32,000 nt of DNA from Candidatus Arthromitus sp. SFB-mouse-Japan (GTDB lineage Bacteria; Bacillota; Clostridia; Clostridiales; Clostridiaceae). Below, piece by piece: positions 29,214-32,000 of the stretch. The stretch is from assembly GCF_000270205.1 (NCBI RefSeq), contig NC_015913.1, positions 450,001-482,000 on the forward strand, read 5' to 3'. The notes under the pieces were generated by a model. The model was not told the origin of the DNA, made no database searches, and saw nothing but the letters and a program-made list of their open reading frames with translations. Each line of letters opens with the position of its first letter. Positions within the stretch are counted from its first letter, which is position 1. Both the position numbers and the translations under genes were made by a program.

Positions 29214-29237
29214 ATTAATATTTAGGTGGTGTACTTA

Positions 29238-30203
29238 ATGAAGCAATATATAATAAGGAGATTACTCTTATTTATACCAATAATATTTGGAATATCATTT
29301 ATTTTATTTTTTTTATATGTATCATCGCCAGGTGATCCATTGTCGGGTATAATATCAACACAGCCTGGTATAACACCAGAAAGAATACAAGAGCTAAGGA
29401 CTCTCTATGGACTTGATGGAAGTATTATTCAGAGATATTTCAACTGGTTAAAAAATGCTATAAGATTTGATTTTGGGGTATCACTTAATTATAGGGAGCC
29501 TGTTAGTTCAATATTAGGTGTATATATTTGGAATTCATTTTATTTGAATGTTTTATCATTTTTGTTTTCAGTGTTTGTATCAATTCCATTGGGGATATAT
29601 ATATCAACAAAACATGGTAAAGCACTAGATAAATTTGTTCTTACTTTTTCATTACTATTTACATCTTTACCAACATTTGTTTTAGGTATTATAGCTATAA
29701 AATATGTGGCTCCTGTATTTGGATTGCCGATTATAGGTATGACGAGTATAGGGAGTAATTATACAGGGATTGCATATGTAAAAGATGTTTTGCTTCATAC
29801 TGCTCTACCTTTTATAATTTTAAGTTTGTTTAGTTTAGCAGGCACCTTAAGAGTTGTTAAAACATCCATGCTTGAGGTAATAAGGCAAGATTATATAAGG
29901 ACAGCAAGGGCGAAGGGAGTAAGTGAGAAAGTTGTTATATATAAACATGCTTTTAGAAATGCATTAATTCCATTAATACCTATTATCGTTGGAGGTATTG
30001 TTACTCTATTTAGTGGATCAATAATAATTGAACAAGTTTTTGGTTGGCCTGGTATAGGTAATATAACTTATCAAGCTATTTTAAATAGGGATTATCCTTT
30101 GTTAATGGGATCTGCTATGTTCTATGCAATATTGACTATTTTTTCAAATTTATTGACTGATATTGTTTACGCATTTGTTGATCCAAGAATAAGGCTTAAA
30201 TAG
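29238..30203 (+). CDS. oppB: Oligopeptide/dipeptide ABC transporter permease (OppB/DppB family)
   Basis: MKQYIIRRLLLFIPIIFGISFILFFL is the typical OppB N-terminus. EAA-loop region IRTARAKGVSEKVVIYKHAFRNALIP. RBS AGGTGG at 29224-29229 (the tracked GTG 29226 is an over-extension). Confidence 0.9.
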   Translation: MKQYIIRRLLLFIPIIFGISFILFFLYVSSPGDPLSGIISTQPGITPERIQELRTLYGLDGSIIQRYFNWLKNAIRFDFGVSLNYREPVSSILGVYIWNSFYLNVLSFLFSVFVSIPLGIYISTKHGKALDKFVLTFSLLFTSLPTFVLGIIAIKYVAPVFGLPIIGMTSIGSNYTGIAYVKDVLLHTALPFIILSLFSLAGTLRVVKTSMLEVIRQDYIRTARAKGVSEKVVIYKHAFRNALIPLIPIIVGGIVTLFSGSIIIEQVFGWPGIGNITYQAILNRDYPLLMGSAMFYAILTIFSNLLTDIVYAFVDPRIRLK

Positions 30204-30216
30204 GAGGTTAAGATTT

Positions 30217-31146
30217 ATGAAAGAAGGCAAAGATTTAGTTATTAAAAATAATAGTAAATTTAATGAAGAGAATTATAAAATTGAATCTCCAACTAAGATT
30301 ATGTTTAAAAGATTATTGAGAGACAAATTAGCTATATTTGGATTTGCCATGCTTACAATAATTTTGATATTAATCTTAATTGTCCCATTTTTTAGCCAGG
30401 ATTCATCTGTAATAAATGTATTAACAAAAAATCAACCTCCATCTTCTCAGCATATTTTAGGAACGGATGCACTGGGTAGGGATATGTTTGCTAGAGTTCT
30501 CGAAGGTGGGAGATTTTCATTTTTTGTGGGATTTGCAGCAACAATTATATCTGTACTTTTAGGAACGGTTTTTGGACTTGTATCAGGTTATTATGGTGGA
30601 GTAATTGATATGGTTATAATGAGAATTGTTGATATTTTGATGAGTATACCAACACTTCCACTACTTATCATATTGGCTGCATTTTTATCTGATTTAGAGG
30701 TAAATCCTAAATATAGAATTTACGTAACTTTAGGATTATTGGCTTTTATATTTTGGACTACTTATTGTAGGAATATAAGAGGTATAGTTCTTTTGTTAAG
30801 AGAGCAGGAGTACATGCAAGCTACTGAAGCCTTGGGATTTTCGACTTTCAGGAAATTGTTTGGACATTTGTTACCTAATATATTGCCTTATATAATACTT
30901 TATATAGCAAGTGGATTAGGAACAATGATGATTTTTGAAGCAAGTCTGAGCTATTTAGGTTTAGGTGTTCAAGCACCATATGCATCTCTTGGGAATTTAT
31001 TACAAACCACACGTAATTTCTTCGATTTAACTAAGAGAGTATGGCTATGGATTCCACCTACTGTTTTATTATTTGCATCGGTTTTGTCTATAAACTTGGT
31101 CGGTGAGGGTTTAAGAAATGCTATAGACCCAAGACTTAAGAAATAG
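30217..31146 (+). CDS. oppC: Oligopeptide/dipeptide ABC transporter permease (OppC/DppC family)
   Basis: PSSQHILGTDALGRDMFARVLEGGRFS is the hallmark OppC N-terminal motif. Also has an EAA-loop region YMQATEALGFSTFRKLFGHLLPN. 309 aa. Confidence 0.9.
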   Translation: MKEGKDLVIKNNSKFNEENYKIESPTKIMFKRLLRDKLAIFGFAMLTIILILILIVPFFSQDSSVINVLTKNQPPSSQHILGTDALGRDMFARVLEGGRFSFFVGFAATIISVLLGTVFGLVSGYYGGVIDMVIMRIVDILMSIPTLPLLIILAAFLSDLEVNPKYRIYVTLGLLAFIFWTTYCRNIRGIVLLLREQEYMQATEALGFSTFRKLFGHLLPNILPYIILYIASGLGTMMIFEASLSYLGLGVQAPYASLGNLLQTTRNFFDLTKRVWLWIPPTVLLFASVLSINLVGEGLRNAIDPRLKK

Positions 31147-31157
31147 GGGTGATTTTG

Positions 31158-32000
31158 ATGAGTAAAAAAATAGTAGAATTTAAAAACTTATGTGTTTCTT
31201 TTAAAGTAGAAGAGAGAATAGTTAATGCTGTAAATGATGTTAGTTTTGAAATTAGACAAGGTGAAGTACTCGGAATTGTAGGAGAATCTGGATGCGGTAA
31301 ATCAGTTACATCTATGTCTTTAATGAGATTATTAGCAGTTCCTCCAGCTAAGTATGAGTCAGGGAGTATTTATTTAAATGGAATAGATATTTTAACATTA
31401 TCAGAAGAAGAAATGAGAAAAAGGAGAGGTTCTGAGGTAGCCATGATTTTTCAGGAACCGATGACATCTTTAAATCCAGTTATGAAGATTGGATATCAAA
31501 TTTCTGAAGTAATAACTATACACCATAAAGTATCTAAAAAAGAAGCAAAAAAACGATCTATTGATATGATAAAGTTAGTTGGTATACCGAGAGCTGAGTC
31601 GATTTATGATTCGTATCCACATGAATTATCAGGAGGTATGCGTCAAAGAATAATGATTGCTATTGCCTTAGTTTGTAATCCTCAGGTTTTAATTGCCGAT
31701 GAGCCAACTACGGCATTAGATGTTACTATACAGGCACAAATATTAGATTTAATAAAAAACATGAGAGAAAAGCTTGGAACTTCTATTATGATGATAACTC
31801 ACGATTTAGGAGTTATAGCAGAAATGGCTGATTATGTTATTGTTATGTATGCAGGTAAGGTTGTAGAAAAAGCAAAGGTAAGAGAAATATTTAATAATTC
31901 GAGGCATCCATATACAATTGGTCTTATGAAGTCAAAGCCTACGTTTGAAGGTAGTACAAGTAAGTTATATTCTATACCTGGGCAGGTACCTAATCCTATG
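31158..32000 (+). CDS. oppD: Oligopeptide/dipeptide ABC transporter ATP-binding protein (OppD/DppD family), 3'-truncated by the window end
   Basis: Not in the ORF track because it has no stop. My translation from ATG 31158: MSKKIVEFKNLCVSF...GIVGESGCGKSVTS (Walker A)...LSGGMRQRIMIAIAL (signature)...LIADEPTTALD (Walker B)...ITHDLGV (H-loop)...RHPYT. RBS GGGGTGA upstream. Confidence 0.9.
   Translation, partial: MSKKIVEFKNLCVSFKVEERIVNAVNDVSFEIRQGEVLGIVGESGCGKSVTSMSLMRLLAVPPAKYESGSIYLNGIDILTLSEEEMRKRRGSEVAMIFQEPMTSLNPVMKIGYQISEVITIHHKVSKKEAKKRSIDMIKLVGIPRAESIYDSYPHELSGGMRQRIMIAIALVCNPQVLIADEPTTALDVTIQAQILDLIKNMREKLGTSIMMITHDLGVIAEMADYVIVMYAGKVVEKAKVREIFNNSRHPYTIGLMKSKPTFEGSTSKLYSIPGQVPNPM

Noticed and set aside
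28990-29237. Tried to classify the opp leader as a T-box or a known riboswitch.
   Set aside because: It does contain GAGAGG (a possible GA motif) and cTGGATGCC. However, there is no match to the conserved T-box 14-mer (..GGGUGGNACCGCG) in the antiterminator, and no B12 box, SAM, lysine or c-di-GMP signatures as I recall them. I report it only as an unclassified attenuator.

Overview
This is a very AT-rich window (roughly a quarter to 30% G+C by eye, not computed) from a low-GC Gram-positive, Clostridia-like genome. It is almost entirely conserved core chromosome. Reading left to right: the cell-shape and division block mreC(partial)-mreD-PBP2-minC-minD-minE-rodA; a SpoIVFB-like M50 protease; rplU-prp-rpmA-obg-nadD-yqeK and an RluA-family pseudouridine synthase; a convergent D-Ala-D-Ala carboxypeptidase; comEA; and the selenocysteine operon selD-selA-selB. 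Next comes a short poorly conserved stretch holding a secreted/anchored hypothetical protein, an ABC-ATPase-like relic, a membrane-anchored M28 peptidase and a small membrane protein. The window ends with ppiB-thrS, CIRCE-controlled groES-groEL, a soluble MCP, a type IV pilin plus prepilin peptidase pair, and the oppB-oppC-oppD(partial) peptide ABC operon behind a structured leader. The synteny mre/min - spoIVFB - rplU - prp - rpmA - obg mirrors Bacillus subtilis, but with MinE present and no spoIVFA or spo0B, which fits a clostridial endospore former. I saw no rRNA, tRNA, CRISPR array, IS or transposase, or integrase. Several ORF-track calls needed correction. selD is split by an in-frame UGA (Sec) codon, oppD runs off the 3' end, and six starts are over-extended. 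I did not find a convincing novel multi-gene system. The best candidates for undescribed biology are (i) the promoter, roughly 200-nt leader and terminator/antiterminator upstream of the opp operon, which matches no riboswitch class I recognise; (ii) an intact 170-aa ABC-ATPase-like protein with all catalytic motifs degenerate; (iii) the sensor-less MCP, orphan pilin and prepilin peptidase trio; and (iv) the lineage-specific segment at 18.7-22.0 kb.
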